Positions 1-13,574 of a DNA stretch of 64,000 nt are shown here, piece by piece. Numbering within the stretch: position 1 is the first letter of the stretch; each line of letters opens with the position of its first letter. Both the position numbers and the translations under genes were made by a program. The DNA lies in NCBI RefSeq assembly GCF_004010195.1, contig NC_057737.1, positions 13,504,748 to 13,568,747 of the forward strand, given 5' to 3'. The notes beneath the pieces were generated by a model. It saw only the letters and a program-made list of their open reading frames with translations, had not been told where the DNA came from and made no database searches. Source of the stretch: Chiloscyllium plagiosum (Eukaryota).

Positions 1-544
1 AAGTCTGTGAAGGCAGTTTAATAGTCCCTGTTCAACTTGTCTAGCTTGCTGCTCCTCAACGTTCCAAGTACTTTTAATTGCTTGCAGGAGGTACAGGGTG
101 ACTGGGTCACACCAATAAAGTATCTGATTTATTGGTTAAGAGCCATAGCTCACAGCAACTGATGAAGAAAAATAGACTTTCTTCAGGTGCAAATTATTTT
201 TATTGCAGAGAGACTAGCTCCTTCTTTTCTGACGGTCCAATGACTCCTACCCAAACATTCACATCCACAAGCTGTTCAGTCACCTGGGTGACAATTACAC
301 AGTTGTGGAAGGCCTTTGGTATTGGTCTGGTGGGTGGTGACCAGTTGTCCATCAGGTACCTGTTGCCCACCAAAAGCTCCATTCATACACAGCCCTTGGC
401 TTAGACTTCCTCACCGCTTGAACAAACAGCAGTTTAAAATAGCACTTACAATGAGGGTCGAGCAACTTGCTTTAAAAAGAAGTGCAGTCTTTCTTTCCAA
501 GTGCAGTTTTTAAAACTGTTCTTTTCCTATTTCAGTCCACAATT

Positions 545-752
545 AGAGTCATAGAGATGTACAATGTGGAAACAGACCCCTTCAGCCCAACCCGTACATG
601 CCGACCAGATATCCCAACCCAATCGAGTCCCACCTGCCAGCACCCGGCCCATATCCCTCCACCTCATAATTTTGTAAACCTCTATAAGGTCACCCCTCAA
701 CCTCCGACGCTCCAGGGAAAAGAGCCGCAGCCTGTTCAGCCTCTCCCTGTAG
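545..752 (-). mobile_element. CR1-type LINE 3' fragment (internally deleted)
   Basis: Minus ORF 527-766 reads LSYRERLNRLRLFSLERRRLRGDLIEVYKIM, the CR1 ORF2 C-terminal motif; its 3' tail is shared with other copies in the window. Confidence 0.85.
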
Positions 753-1810
753 GAGAGGCTGAACACATCCCTTGGCTCAGGCTCATCTGCAACTAGACTT
801 CCCCACTGCTTGAACCATCAGCAGTTGAAAATAGCACTTACAATGAGGGTCAAGCAACTTGCTTTAAAAAGAAGTGCAGTATTTCTAATTGAAATTACAG
901 AAAAAAAAAATATATATAGTATTTACAGCCTATCCTCAGGACCTCAGAAAACAGATTCTGCATTACTTTTTAAAGTTGTTTACTTGTAAATGTGGTAACC
1001 AATTTAAACACAAAGTCTCAAAAACAGAAAATCAAAGAAATGACCAGTTGAAATAATAGAATATGCTGGAAAAACAAAAGTCAAATGTAAAACAAAAGTC
1101 AAATTCTGCCTATGATGGAAATCTGAAATAAAGAGAGAAAATGCAGGAAATAAGACACGTATGTATGGATCAATAGAGCTAACATTTGAGCTAATATTCA
1201 GCAAAGTTGAACTGGACTTGAAATGTTTTTGGTTTCTCTCTCCACAGATCTGCCAGACCTGCTGAATAGCTCCAGCATTTTCTATTCTTATTTTAGGCCA
1301 ATGTGTATTTTGGTCATGTTGATTGAGAAGAATATTGGTCAGGTTACCAAGACATTTCGTGTTCCGGAAAGAAAGATTGGCATCTATATAACACATTCCA
1401 CAACCATCGGACATTCCAGAGCACTTTACAACCAATGAAGCCATCTAAAAAGTGTAGTAGCTATAGTAATATTGGCCAATATGTACACAAGCAAGAATGT
1501 GAGAATGATTTAATTTTCTATTATGGGATGTGTCATCACCATTGTTATTCATCCCTACCTGCCCTTGGATTGTGGCTAGCAGACTACTGCAGGTCAAGAA
1601 TCACAGAGGCCAGAGTTGGTAAGAATGACCGTGAAGCAGATAAAGTTTTGCAGCCACTGATGATAGTTTCCTAACACTAGTTTACAACTCCTGATTTTTC
1701 AATGGAATTAATTAATATAATTTGACTTTAACCAAGGTGGTATTCAAACCTAAGGATTAGCCTCAACCTGATAAATCCAGTGACATTACTGTTAAATCAC
1801 AGCTTCCCCA

Positions 1811-1940
1811 CTTCATCAGGAAGGGCTTATGCCTGAAATGTCGATTCTCCTGGTCCTCAAATGCTGCTTGACTGGCTCTGCTTTTCCAGCACCACAATCT
1901 TCGACCCTGATCTCCAGCATCTGCAGAGCTCAATTTCTCC
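1811..1940 (+). mobile_element. Penelope-like element terminal-repeat (pLTR) fragment, decayed
   Basis: aagggcttatgcctgaaatgtcgattctcc...ttttccagcaccac...ctccagcatctgcag matches the termini at 2881-2965 and 15001-15130. Confidence 0.65.
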
Positions 1941-2231
1941 AAATAACAGTGCTGTGCTCTGAGTAGTGCACCAGGAAGGAGGGTCAGTCTCCATTCCAAT
2001 TCTGGATGCTACTTGAACTCTGACACTTCAGACTGAGTCACAAGACTTTGTTTTTAGTAGTTCATGGGATGTGGGCACCATTGTTTTGACCTGCATCTAT
2101 TTTCATTTCTGTGAATCTGGAGTGACTCGAAGGCAGCAATTTCCTTCTCTAAAAGGGCATTATTCAGCTACATTTTCCCCAAGAATTGACAGTCATCATT
2201 AGACATTTAATTCCAGACTCAAACTTGGGTT

Positions 2232-2970
2232 TCATCCGCCGACATTTCCGCCACCTCCAAACAGAGCATAAACCAAATCATCCGCCGACATTTCCGCCAC
2301 CTCCAAACAGACCCCACCACCAGGGATATATTTCCCTCCCCACCCCTCTCCGCCTTCCGCAAAGACCGTTCCCTCCGTGACTACCTGGTCAGGTCCACGC
2401 CCCCCTACGACCCACCCTCCTGCCACCGCAGGAACTGTAAAACCTGNNNNNNNNNNNNNNNNNNNNNNNNNNNNNNNNNNNNNNNNNNNNNNNNNNNNNN
2501 NNNNNNNNNNNNNNNNNNNNNNNNNNNNNNNNNNNNNNNNNNNNNCTCCCTCACCACCAGACGCATGGAAGAAGAACGCCTCATCTTCCGCCTCGGAACA
2601 CTTCAACCCCAGGGCATCAATGTGGATTTCAACAGCTTCCTCATTTCCCCTTCCCCCACCTCATCCTAGTTTCTAACCTCCAGCAACACGATCCCCTTGA
2701 CTTGTCCGGACTTGTCTGACCTGACCAGCTCCTTTTCCACCTATCCACTCCACCCTCTCCTCCCTGACCTATCACCTTCATCTCCTCCCCCACTGACCTA
2801 TTGTACTCTATGCCACTCTATCCCCACCTCCACCCTCCTCTAGCTTATCTCTCCACACTTCAGGCTCTCTGCCTTTATTCCTGATGAAGGGCTTTTGCCC
2901 GAAACGTCGATTTTGCCTGTCCTCGGATGCTGCCTGAATTGCTGTGCTCTTCCAGCACCACTGATCCAGA
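2232..2970 (+). mobile_element. Penelope-like element 3' part (linker/GIY-YIG end plus pLTR), with assembly gap 2447-2545
   Basis: Translates IRRHFRHLQTDPTTRDIFPSPPLSAFRKDRSLRDYLVRS and, after the gap, EEERLIFRLGTLQPQGINVDFNSF; followed by a pyrimidine-rich UTR and the ctgatgaagggcttttgcccgaaacgtc terminus. Confidence 0.8.
2881..2912 (+). ncRNA. Minimal type-I hammerhead ribozyme motif in PLE pLTR
   Basis: CTGATGA-A-GGGC-TTTT-GCCC-GAAA-C-GTC: both core boxes, a 4-bp stem II and a GUC triplet. Minimal hammerheads are an established feature of PLE pLTRs; activity here is untested. Confidence 0.7.
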
Positions 2971-2974
2971 ACCC

Positions 2975-3680
2975 AGGGTAGTGTTGTTGAACATAGAGAC
3001 TTAGGGATTCAGGTACCTAGTTCTTTGAACGTTGTGTCACAAGTAGACAGGGTGGTTGAGAAGTTGCTTAGCACACTTGCTTTTATTGCTCAGATCATTG
3101 AGTATAAGAGTTGGGACATCATGCTGAGATCATACAGGACATTGGTGAGGCCACTTTTGGAATATTGTATTCGTGTCTGCTCAACAAATAGGAAAGATAT
3201 TAAATTGAAAATATTCAGAAAAGATTTACGAGGATGTTGCCAGGAATAAAGGGTTTGAGTTATAGGGAGAGACTGGGACTTTTGCACTGGGGTGTAGAAG
3301 GTTGAGGGGTGAATTTATAAAGGTTTATAAAATCATGAGGGGGAATGGATAAGTTGAACAGCAACGGTCTTTTCCTATGGTGCAGGAGTTCAAAACTAAG
3401 GTGGCATATTTTTTAGGTGAGAGGAGAATGATTTAAAAAGGGACCTGAGGGGCAACTTTTTCCACACAGAGGGCTGTTTGTGTGTGGAATGAACTGATAG
3501 AGGAAGTAGTGGATGTAGGTACAGCTACAATATTTTTTTTAAAATGTGGACAGGTACATGAACAAGAAAGGTTGGAAGGGAAATGGGTCAAACGTACGGG
3601 AAAGGGGAGAAGTTTAGTTTGGGAAACCTGATCAGCATAGACGAGTTGGACCGAAGGGTATTTCCGTGCTGTATGACTCT
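2975..3680 (+). mobile_element. CR1-type LINE 3' fragment, decayed
   Basis: SQVDRVV..IEYKSWDIMLRSYRTLVRPLLEYC motif (ORF 3025-3249), frameshifted, ending in the CR1 3' tail. Confidence 0.85.
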
Positions 3681-3739
3681 TATAGACAGGATCAGCCTCA
3701 TTGTAAATGCTTCATCTACTAGCATCAATGAACCAGGTA

Positions 3740-4400
3740 CCACATTCGGTGCAGAACAAATCCAACTCCAACGCGAGCAGCTCCGCGTCGCTCAGCTCCG
3801 GCTGCATCGCTCCAATCGACTTCCGGCACGGCGTTTTGTCCGTCCACCTCAACCGTCCCTCCAGCACCACCCTGCCTGTGATTGTCCGTCCACCCCAACC
3901 GCCCCTCCAGTGCCTTCGAAACTCACGCCGAAGGTCAGTTCCGCTTCGAAGTTCACACTTCAGGCGCACTCAAACTATTGTTAGATTCCAATAACGGTAA
4001 CGCTCCTCATTGCTTTCGCCATCTCTCCCCCCGCCAAGCACGGCTGAGAAGGCCACGACTTTAAAACCTGGAATGGAAAATCAGAAAGCCCGACAGGGAA
4101 TTTTACAGCCGCAGCCGGACGGAGCTCAGGCTGGGCCGGCCGCGGAATGATACGTGAATCAAAAAGATGAGTCGGGGGGAGCAGCGAAGAGAAATAGAGT
4201 CACAGCCATAACATGTTGTTAGCTGAAAGTTTCTGAAGGATCCCTGATAATTTGAGCTTGATTTTTAAATGGCATTGTTGTTATTTTCACGGGGACTATG
4301 TTCCGAGGCGGATTTGACAAGGAAAAGGGAAGAGGCGTCTCCATGGTGACGAGTCGTTGGGAGCCTGGGGTGGCTAAAACATTGCAGTCTGGATAGACAG
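3740..4400. promoter_or_regulatory. CpG-rich putative bidirectional promoter upstream of LIAT1
   Basis: Visibly CpG-rich versus the flanks; ETS-type CCGGAAGT on minus at ~3819-3826; X-box at 4337-4350; minus-strand GTGAGT donor at 3926-3921; lies 0.5-1 kb upstream of the LIAT1 ATG. Confidence 0.6.
4337..4350. promoter_or_regulatory. RFX X-box motif
   Basis: GTCTCCATGGTGAC is a near-palindromic match to the RFX consensus GTNNCCATGGNAAC, inside the CpG-rich region. Confidence 0.55.
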
Positions 4401-4881
4401 GGTCGGTAACTTTAAATAGAGTGAGAGAGATCGAAATAATTTAACTTTGGGAAAAGAATGCGAAAATTAATAAGAAGAAAATTTGATAGATTAAACAAGA
4501 GGCGGTTGGAATAAGCATGAAGTACAGGCTAGGGGTCTGTTTGTTGTAGGTGAGAGCAGTTGCTACAAATCGAAGGATATAATATGTAGTTTTTTTTTGA
4601 AAAAAACTACTTTGACGATGAAGAAGTGGAGGGAATGACTACAAATTAAATTTTTGGGCAGTTTAAAGGAGGAGGAAAGCACTGGAAGTAGTTAGTTTCT
4701 TACTTAAAATGTGCCTTTGAGACCCAAGGATTAGTGCACCCAAATATTATTTTGAAAATCCTTACCTGAATGAAACGGGTCAATAATATTACGGAAATGA
4801 AACAAAAGATTCTCTGACAAAAAAAATTAAAAGGAAAAGGGGAAATTAATCAAATTGCAGATCGAGCAAGGTTAACTAGTA

Positions 4882-5053
4882 ATGGAGGACAAAATATCAG
4901 CCAGCAAATGTAAGATGAAATCAATGACAAATTTAAGTGTTGAGTCAGCAGAAAAGAACAAAAAGAAGAAGAGAGATAAGGCAAAGAAGAAATCCTCTAA
5001 GACAAGAAGAAATTCTTCAAGTACCCCATCGACTTCAGATGAGACCGTTCTGG
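4882..5053 (+). CDS. LIAT1: LIAT1 (ligand of ATE1, C17orf97) coding exon 1, lysine-rich region
   Basis: ATG at 4882 is preceded by an in-frame TAA (4873-4875); encodes MEDKISASK...KNKKKKRDKAKKKSSKTRR; phase-1 donor G|GTAAGG at 5053/5054 joins exon 2 in frame. Confidence 0.8.
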
Positions 5054-5964
5054 GTAAGGCACATATCAAACTTGGATTATTAAAATCTACGATTGTGAAA
5101 TGTTCAGAAGACAATGTATACATTGCCTTTAGTAAAGGTAACCACAGAGAGCTGCAAGAAAAATGACAGCATTTTGGACTTGTGCACTTATTCATGAATA
5201 TAGAAGTATACTGGCATCAGAAAGTTGATTGGAGGGAGCAAAACTGTAGATACAAAAACAACACAAAGAGGAAATGCCGTGGAATGATCTATTGGGTGAT
5301 TAACCAAATTAAATGTATTTTTTAAAAACATGAATAGCTCCATAGGAAGTCTAAATAAAAGCGGTGAAAATTGGAGAGTTGAAAAATTTGGTAAAGGTTT
5401 GAAATAAGATGTAAACTGTGGGCTACTAAACCTTAAAATGATATAGAGCAGGTCATCAGGGTAAGGTACAGCCTTCCTACACATTGTTAAAAATTACCCA
5501 ACACCAGGATGTAGTCCAGCAGGCCCCCCCCATCATTCCTACACATCGAAATTATTTTCTGATTAAGGGCCTGAATTCAGCAAAAGTACGAATTCATCTT
5601 GCATCCAATCTGCTTTTGTTTTCAGTTTTGCTTTAATATCTTGCTAATATGGATTTATCCTCCATTTTCTTTTATCCTAGCAATGTTTTAATGACCTAAA
5701 CATAAACAAAGAGGAGTAAAAACAGTAAGTGCTTGAAGAAGAGTCCAGAGGAGAGTCATATTGGAATTGAATTGTTAACTTTGTTGCCGTTTCCACAGAT
5801 GCTACCAGACCTGCTGAGTTTCTCCTGCACCTTCTGTTTTTATTACAGATCTCCAGCATGTGTAATACTTTACTTTTCTAAGAAGCTAAGAGTTCATGCT
5901 TTACTCCCTTGCTGGTGGAAGCTTTACATCACAGAGTGATAGAATAATATAGCATAGAAGGAGA

Positions 5965-6350
5965 CTGTGACATGGTGTTCATGTGACTGGTCTAGTAATG
6001 CAACAACCAAGGTTAATGCTATGATGATACAGGTTCAAATCCCAGTATGGTAGCTGATGGAATTTAAATTCAACCAATAAATCTGGAATTGAAAGCTAGT
6101 CTCAGTGATGGCGACTATGAAAACTATCATTGACTTTCATAAAAATCTGAATGGTTCATTAATGTCCTGAGAGTGAGGGAAGTCTGCCTTCCTTGCCTCG
6201 TATGGCCCCTGTAATTGACTCCTGATGTTGAGCATTGTGGTTGATTCTAAACTACTGTTTGAAGTGGCACTAGCAAGTAACTCCATTCAGGTGAATTAGG
6301 GATGGTTAACAAATGCTGGTCTTGTCAATGATGTACTTGTCCCATAAATG
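5965..6350 (+). mobile_element. tRNA-derived SINE with LINE-like 3' tail, in the LIAT1 intron
   Basis: B-box-like ggttcaaatccc (~6032) and a tail (ttagggatggttaacaaatgctggtcttgtcaatgatg..cccataaatgaa) shared in reverse with 39420-39500. Confidence 0.55.
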
Positions 6351-8312
6351 AAGTTTCCACCAGCTCTTTTGAAGAACTCTCCTTTTTTTTTCCTGTCCCT
6401 GAATTTTTTTTCTCCATCAATAATTTATCCAATTTCTAGGATATTGAATCTGTTCCCATCAACTGATCAAGCAAAACAATCCAAATTCTAACTACTCATA
6501 ACATGTAAAAGCTTATCCTTTTTTGCTACCTCTTTTACCAGTCACCTTAAATTTATACTCTGTTGTTGTCATCCTTTCAACCATCACAAGAATTTTCTTT
6601 TTTCATTTATCTAAAGCCTTCATTACTTTCTCCATTGTAAAGAGAACAACCTCAGTTTCTCCAGTTTATCCACACAACTGTGATTCCTCATCCTTGGAAG
6701 CAATCTGGTCCATTTCTTCTGCATTCAATCTTTTGCAGCCATAGAAGTATGGTATTTAACAACTGCAAGATATAGGTTTTTTGACTGCAGTCAACTTCAT
6801 AGTAAAGTTTGTCACTTTTTCTGGCATTATAACAGTAAATGCATTTGAGTTGTATTGCAAACAAATTGCTAACTGTAAACCCAATTTACTTCCATGCATT
6901 CTTCAAGATGCTGGACAAAAGAACCATCTTTAAAAGTCTCAAAAAGCCTCAAGAGTGTTCATTTAAAGATAATTTACCTTCATTTATATCATTTTCCATG
7001 GAGAAATAGGGCAATGGCAGTGAATATACATAAATGTATGTGGACTGTTTCCCATTTACTATTTTGTACCAGAGCTGGAAGTTTGCTGTGGAAAGCTACC
7101 TAAAGCTCAGTCGAGTTCAGATTTATCCTGAATCCATGCAATCTATTTAATCAAACCTTACTTGCCTCTCATTACTGAATAATTAAAGCAACATCACGTC
7201 AAAACATTATTATAATAGGAATTTAGTACTGCCAAATTCTTATGATAGGGGTTAAATTATTGCAGATTGCATGGATTCCAGTAGATGGCATCCTGTGACT
7301 ACAAGTTGTAACAGAGCAGGCATGAGTTTGGATGCCTGGAATAGTATTGCTTAATCCTAATGTGAATTCTCCCCTTACTGAGTTACAGAATAAATAGATA
7401 TCTGGGAATGATGTAGATTATTTACAGAATCACAGGGTTCATGTGGCACCACATGCTAAAATGTTTTGTAAATGGTAGCTGAAGCACCAGACTGCTAACT
7501 TGCTCCAAATCTGAGTTACATTTTATTATTGTTACAAGTTAGCTGTTTTATTATGATTGCAGAGTAAAACTTCATGGCAGTCACTCCTGCAAATGTTTCA
7601 TGTCAATAAATTCACAGTAAAAGTAGAGCAACTTGGGGCAATTATCAATTTCTCAAAAGGGAATTGAAATAGCCATTCTTCCATACTTTCTCAGTGAGAC
7701 GGGAGTCATGCAACGGTTCACTATGCAAAAGCTAAATGTTAAGCAAGCATAAAATGTTGAGCAGATATAATATTCCATATCACCATCAAATGGACAGTCT
7801 CTCTCTCTCTCTCGCTCTCTGCCTGAGACAGTTAAGTAAAGGGATAGTGATATTGCAAAGCAATTCTAATTCTTTCAATGATAATGAATCTTGAATCCCG
7901 AACAAGTTGTACTTCCATGTCACGGCAGTCTGAGTTGCTGTAATCTACCTCCAATAAATTGCCTAAAAAATAACCAGAAAAACTGGAGGAGGAATTACAC
8001 CTCAATTTCTACTAAGGACTTTTCAGCCTTCTGGACTCATAAGTTCAATAACTTCAGACCGTGAACTCTTTCCTCCATTTTGATTTTGTTTTTTGCTGTG
8101 TATCTATATCTTGTTTTCATGTTTTTGCTTTCAATCAAAGCTGACAAAATTTGCTATTAACACCAATTATGGAATAATGCTTTGATTCTTCATTACAATT
8201 ATTGCCATTCTTGTTTGTCCTTTGTTCCTCAATAATTTTGATCTCTAATCCTCCACCCCGTCTAATTATTTTAAAACTGACTAAAATCTTCAAGTAAGCT
8301 GTCTCTTTATAA

Positions 8313-8798
<486 letters not shown>

Positions 8799-11700
8799 AG
8801 GCCAAAGTACATTTTTGCCTGAGCTAGCATCCCAGCTCATAACCTTCTAATCACAATGTTCCTTCCAGTTATAAACCTACAAACATAACTATGAAGGTGA
8901 TTTAAATTCCCCTTTCATATGGTTTCCGAAATGTTCTAAAAGCAGATCTCAGACTGAACAACTAGACTGAGGAAGGCTATTGCTTATCAAACCTCTTTGG
9001 TAACCTCTTCTGTAAAGACATGACAGTTTGAGCTCTGAAGAAAACAATTAGGGCTTTGCCTCCACTTGTGTTTCCTTTTTTGGGGGGCGGAGGGAAATAA
9101 CCAAAATAGTTGTATCTAACATGGCCACTCTGGTTTCCAGTTATTATCAGGTAAAATCAGTAGGCATTTAAACCTACAACTGCTCAGACTAATGGTGTTT
9201 TTACTCATTCAAATTGAGACCAAACCGTACTTGTTTAGATGTTTGAACATATTCTCTACATGTAAACTATAAACTGGGTTGCCAAAGTGTACTTTTTATT
9301 TTACTATGAGGTTTTGTTGTCCTTATAAGCTGCTCATAATTTGACTTGCAAACAAAGTCCATTGCTGCAATCCATCTTGAACAGAGTGAGCAGCCCAAAG
9401 GAGATTCCATGGAGGTGAAAAAACTACTGTTGAGCCAGTTCTGGCTGCTCCCACACATCTTTATATAGCCATTCCAGGGTTCATGTTGGCAATACTCTAA
9501 ACTGGGTCACTAACTGTACCCTCAGTCTGATTATTTACTTAAGATGTGAAATTGTGATGAATGTTATTAATATGAATTAAGATACTTTGAAAACTGATAT
9601 TCACAAGTCAGTGATATGTACTCAAAGATGCAAGGGGAGAATTTGAGATGTTGCTAGTGGACAATTAGTGCATCAAAAACATTATTTTGTCTACCAGTGG
9701 ATTAAAGAGGGATTGAAAAACAGAGCTATTTTAAAAGCCATAGTTAGTTTTGAGCACAAATTATTGCATGATTTTGTTTAGGTGAGTCAAATAAATCTGC
9801 ACTTGCAACAGGAATTGTTCATTTCATGAAGATCCTGTCTTATTGTACACCTGATTTTTAGATTAAGCCTCAGGATTATCTTTGTTAAATTTCCAGCTTC
9901 AAAATATTTTCTATACTTTCAGCATATTTCACAGGCTGCAGAGTTCTGGGATAGAAAATCAACACAGCGTTCAGATGTAAAAATGCTTCGGTAAAATGAT
10001 TTTAATCAAAAAGATATTAAATCAAAGTATACTAAAATCAATTGTCAGAATCAATTTTGCAATATTTGTGCATTTAAATTTAACCCATCTAAAATTGTCC
10101 ATTTACATTTTTGTTTATGCAATTTTGTTTCAGATTACTTTTACAAGAAATTGTTGTCAGCCTCAATGTTTTTCTAAACTATTCTGCACAAAATTCCTGA
10201 TTTTAAATTTGCCCATGGTGCAATTAATCAAAGATTTGGTGTTTCATTTCACTGTTCAGTTGGTATGGATATCACAAGTTCCACGCTATGCTGCACATGC
10301 ACAGTTATCATTGATTCAAAAGGATGCAGTGGACTATATTTTAAAACAGACACTTTCAAGCTATTTATGGTAAAGAATTTTACATGGAGTTATCTCCTTT
10401 CCTGACTATGCAGTCATGTGATGTCACTCTTTGTAAATAAAGAAAGCAAGCAAGCAATGCTTCTCAGAACCAAAATATCCTAGCAGTGAGCACGTGCCAG
10501 GGCATTATTTGTATGCGTGAGGCTTTATATCAAGATACAGTCACTATGTTCAGTCATCTTCCTGCTTGACACTCTTAAGTTTCCTGCGTTTTATTCTTCC
10601 ATTATCAAGACCATGTACCCCACTTCCATAATATTGCCTCAGTGTTTCAGTTAATGTGTCACTGAAACCCTCATTTTATTGCTTCCAGATTGAATTATTA
10701 CAATGCTTTCAGACTGGCCTTCTATTTTCCTCCCTACATAAATTTAACATGATTCAAATCTCTGTCACTTGAATTCTAAGCCTCACCATTTTACCATGCT
10801 TTACCATCTTCCCTATTCTTGTTGATTGGCATGATTTGCTGGTCCATTGAGATTTCCATTAATTCAATTCCTTCAGTGGATTTTCACTTCTTTCTCTGGA
10901 ACCTCTAGACATTCTACAATCAACGATTCTGTATTCCTCTAACACTGGTCTATGCATTCTAATTCCCTTTACCACATCGCTGAAGTTATAATAGTTAATG
11001 GTCTTAAATTCTGGTAATCATCTCTGCCTCTTCACTCCCCCACCCCTGCCCCCTTCAGGATCTTTTAAAACTTGCCTGATCTCGGTGACGATCACCTTTG
11101 AACATTTTACCCCAATAAGAGTGTTTCTCAACAGATGTTGTCATTGGATGCTTGATCAGGCTCGCAAGCCAAAGATTGTGGTAGCCAATCAAGCAATTAA
11201 TGTTGGATCAGCAAACACCTTAATTGAAATGAGACAAGTAATAACCACTTTTTATGTAGCTAGTAAATTATTTCATTTTACTTACTTCAGTTTAATTATC
11301 TTTAGATTCTCTTGCACACCCACTAACAACCAGCCTCAAAGATGCATTGGCAGAAGCCCAGAAGCAGGTTACCTAACAGATTATCATGGATTATCTACAG
11401 AGTAGAGACCCAATTGGAAAAACAAAAAAGGAATGAACGTCCTATTGAGCAGAGTATAACATGTATACACTTTGCCTCAATTAAACAGAAAATACCAATA
11501 ATGTGTTAATGTAAAACCAAATTATTGGCAATCCAGGGAAAAGGGCAAAAGCATAGGTTCCCTAAACTGATAGTGTGGAGTGCTCCAATTTACTCTGATA
11601 GGTTACACTTTAGAATCAATATTTCAAATGCAGCTTAACCAATTTTAATTCACTTCTCAACCAAAAGAGAGAACGGAGGCTTTGGAAAAAGTGCCAAGGG

Positions 11701-13189
11701 TGGCAACTAGCTTCATTTACAGTACAAAGCAGTACTTCTCAAATATCTTCCCTATGACCCTATTTCAGGTTTTCATGAGAAAGTAATGAGGAAGGGAGAA
11801 AGCCTACATTTTCAGAGTGCTATCCCAGTAGGAGTCCCTAATCTCACTTAGGGAAGCCCTATTATAAAGCATCTTAGTTATTAAGGCAGATAGAGAGTTA
11901 GGACTCAAAAAAATTAGGATCATGAATTAGTTCACAATTTGAAAGGTATGAGGAAGAAATTAATGGTGTTCTAGATCATAATTTGGTCCTGCTAAATGCA
12001 GAAGGATTAGGATTGCAGTAGATCGTATTTTGGTTGAATATCAGGTAATTCGTTTTGTAAAAGAGAAGAGAATCTCTGGAACAGGTTATGAGCTTATGCA
12101 GTGCATGCTGACTGAATGAGTTCCTTCAAAAGTGACAACTCTATAGCTTCTGATTGCAGCAGAGACCACTTTTCATAAGAGGTAAGTAGTTCAAGGCAGA
12201 ATGATCTCAGATTTCTTTCAGTCCTAGTTAGGGTAGTTAGGCATTGTTCTAGTTCTCTGTCGCACCAAAAATGGCCCATTCTAAAATATTGCTTTTTGTC
12301 TCATCAGAATATTATACTTTAAGTGAGATGTAAGTTGTATAGATTTAGGGATATACAGTACTGGACATTGCAATCAACAGATCAGAGGTATTTTTCAGTC
12401 ACTCACTCATTGTTCAGTTTTGTAGGCTCCTTTAAACACAGCCCAGCACAGGTTAATTTCTACCTTCTATAAATTTGTAGTCAGTCACTATAAACATGGT
12501 CCCAAAGTAGTGTAGAGATCAGCAACAGCAAGGTTCTGTAATCTAGCAAACCAACCACTGAAATATCATATCTCATGATAAGTGGAGTTACTGACCTATA
12601 CTAGGAATCCAACTGATTACCAAGAGTGTAAAATTTCTCCCTTACAGAAAAACACTTTGTAGAATGTATATACATGTTCCATTAAAATCTTTCTTTCATG
12701 GGATAAAAAAAGCCATCTCTTTTCAGAGTATGAAGATAGCACAAATTATTCATTACAAATTTTAAAAATAAACCCTCACTACAATAGAATTCAATTTAAA
12801 AATACATCTTCTGAATGTTACATGTATACAAAAAAAACACATGGTCTGACTGCTTTAGAATTTAAGTATTCCTCAAGAATTATTCTCTTCAATAGTTTGT
12901 TGTATTCAAAACTTTAGACTGAGTGTATATTGAATTATTAAAAAGTATTTTTTCCTAAAAAGTTCCATCTGGCTCTATTCCTTGCTGTTAAAGGTTTGCA
13001 ATAAGTTAATCTGGTTTTGTTATTATAATTTCATTGGAGGTACTAATGGTGCAATTCTGTTTTACTACAAGGGTGAAGATAAATGAACCAGAATGAAAAA
13101 GTTGCACTTATCTCTTTTGGAATCTGAGTAGCTCAATTGCTAGATCAGACTTTTAAATCAGAGGATCCAGCATGTATTGCTTGTCACAC

Positions 13190-13330
13190 TCAGCTGTTGG
13201 CATTGTTGCCTCTGAATCAAAGATGTGGGTTCAAATCCCATTACAGATTTAAGTGCCTAATTGAGGTGGAATTTTACTGTAGTACTGAGGGAAAGCTGGA
13301 CTATTGGAAGTGTTGTTTGCTGGATTCAAA
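13190..13330 (+). mobile_element. Deu-domain SINE 5' fragment
   Basis: gcctctgaatcaaagatgtgggttcaaatccca...gtagtactgagggaaagctg; same family as 22925-23305 and 34465-34640. Confidence 0.5.
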
Positions 13331-13574
13331 CATTAGATTTAACTCAAGATCTCTTGCTGTCAAAAGTACAGGAGATCCCCAGAATTTTACATTAGGATGA
13401 TTCACAGTATGAAGGGATTGTCTTATGAGCAAAGACTATAAAAATGTTGGAGACAAAAAAACCTGCCGATGCTGGAATCCAAAGTAGACAAGCACGAGGC
13501 TAGAAGAACAGAGAAAGCCAAGCAGCATCAGGAGGTGAAGTCTGACATTTTGGATATAACCCTTCTTCAGGAGT

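Noticed and set aside
1004-1444. 146-aa minus ORF with an apparent tttttag|ATG acceptor
   Set aside because: The sequence ttcattggttgtaaagtgctctggaatgtcc..tatatagatgccaatctttctttc is a SINE 3' tail (compare ~44830-44880), and the rest overlaps a fold-back repeat.
5965-6060. tRNA gene suggested by a B-box
   Set aside because: No cloverleaf can be built; it is a SINE head.
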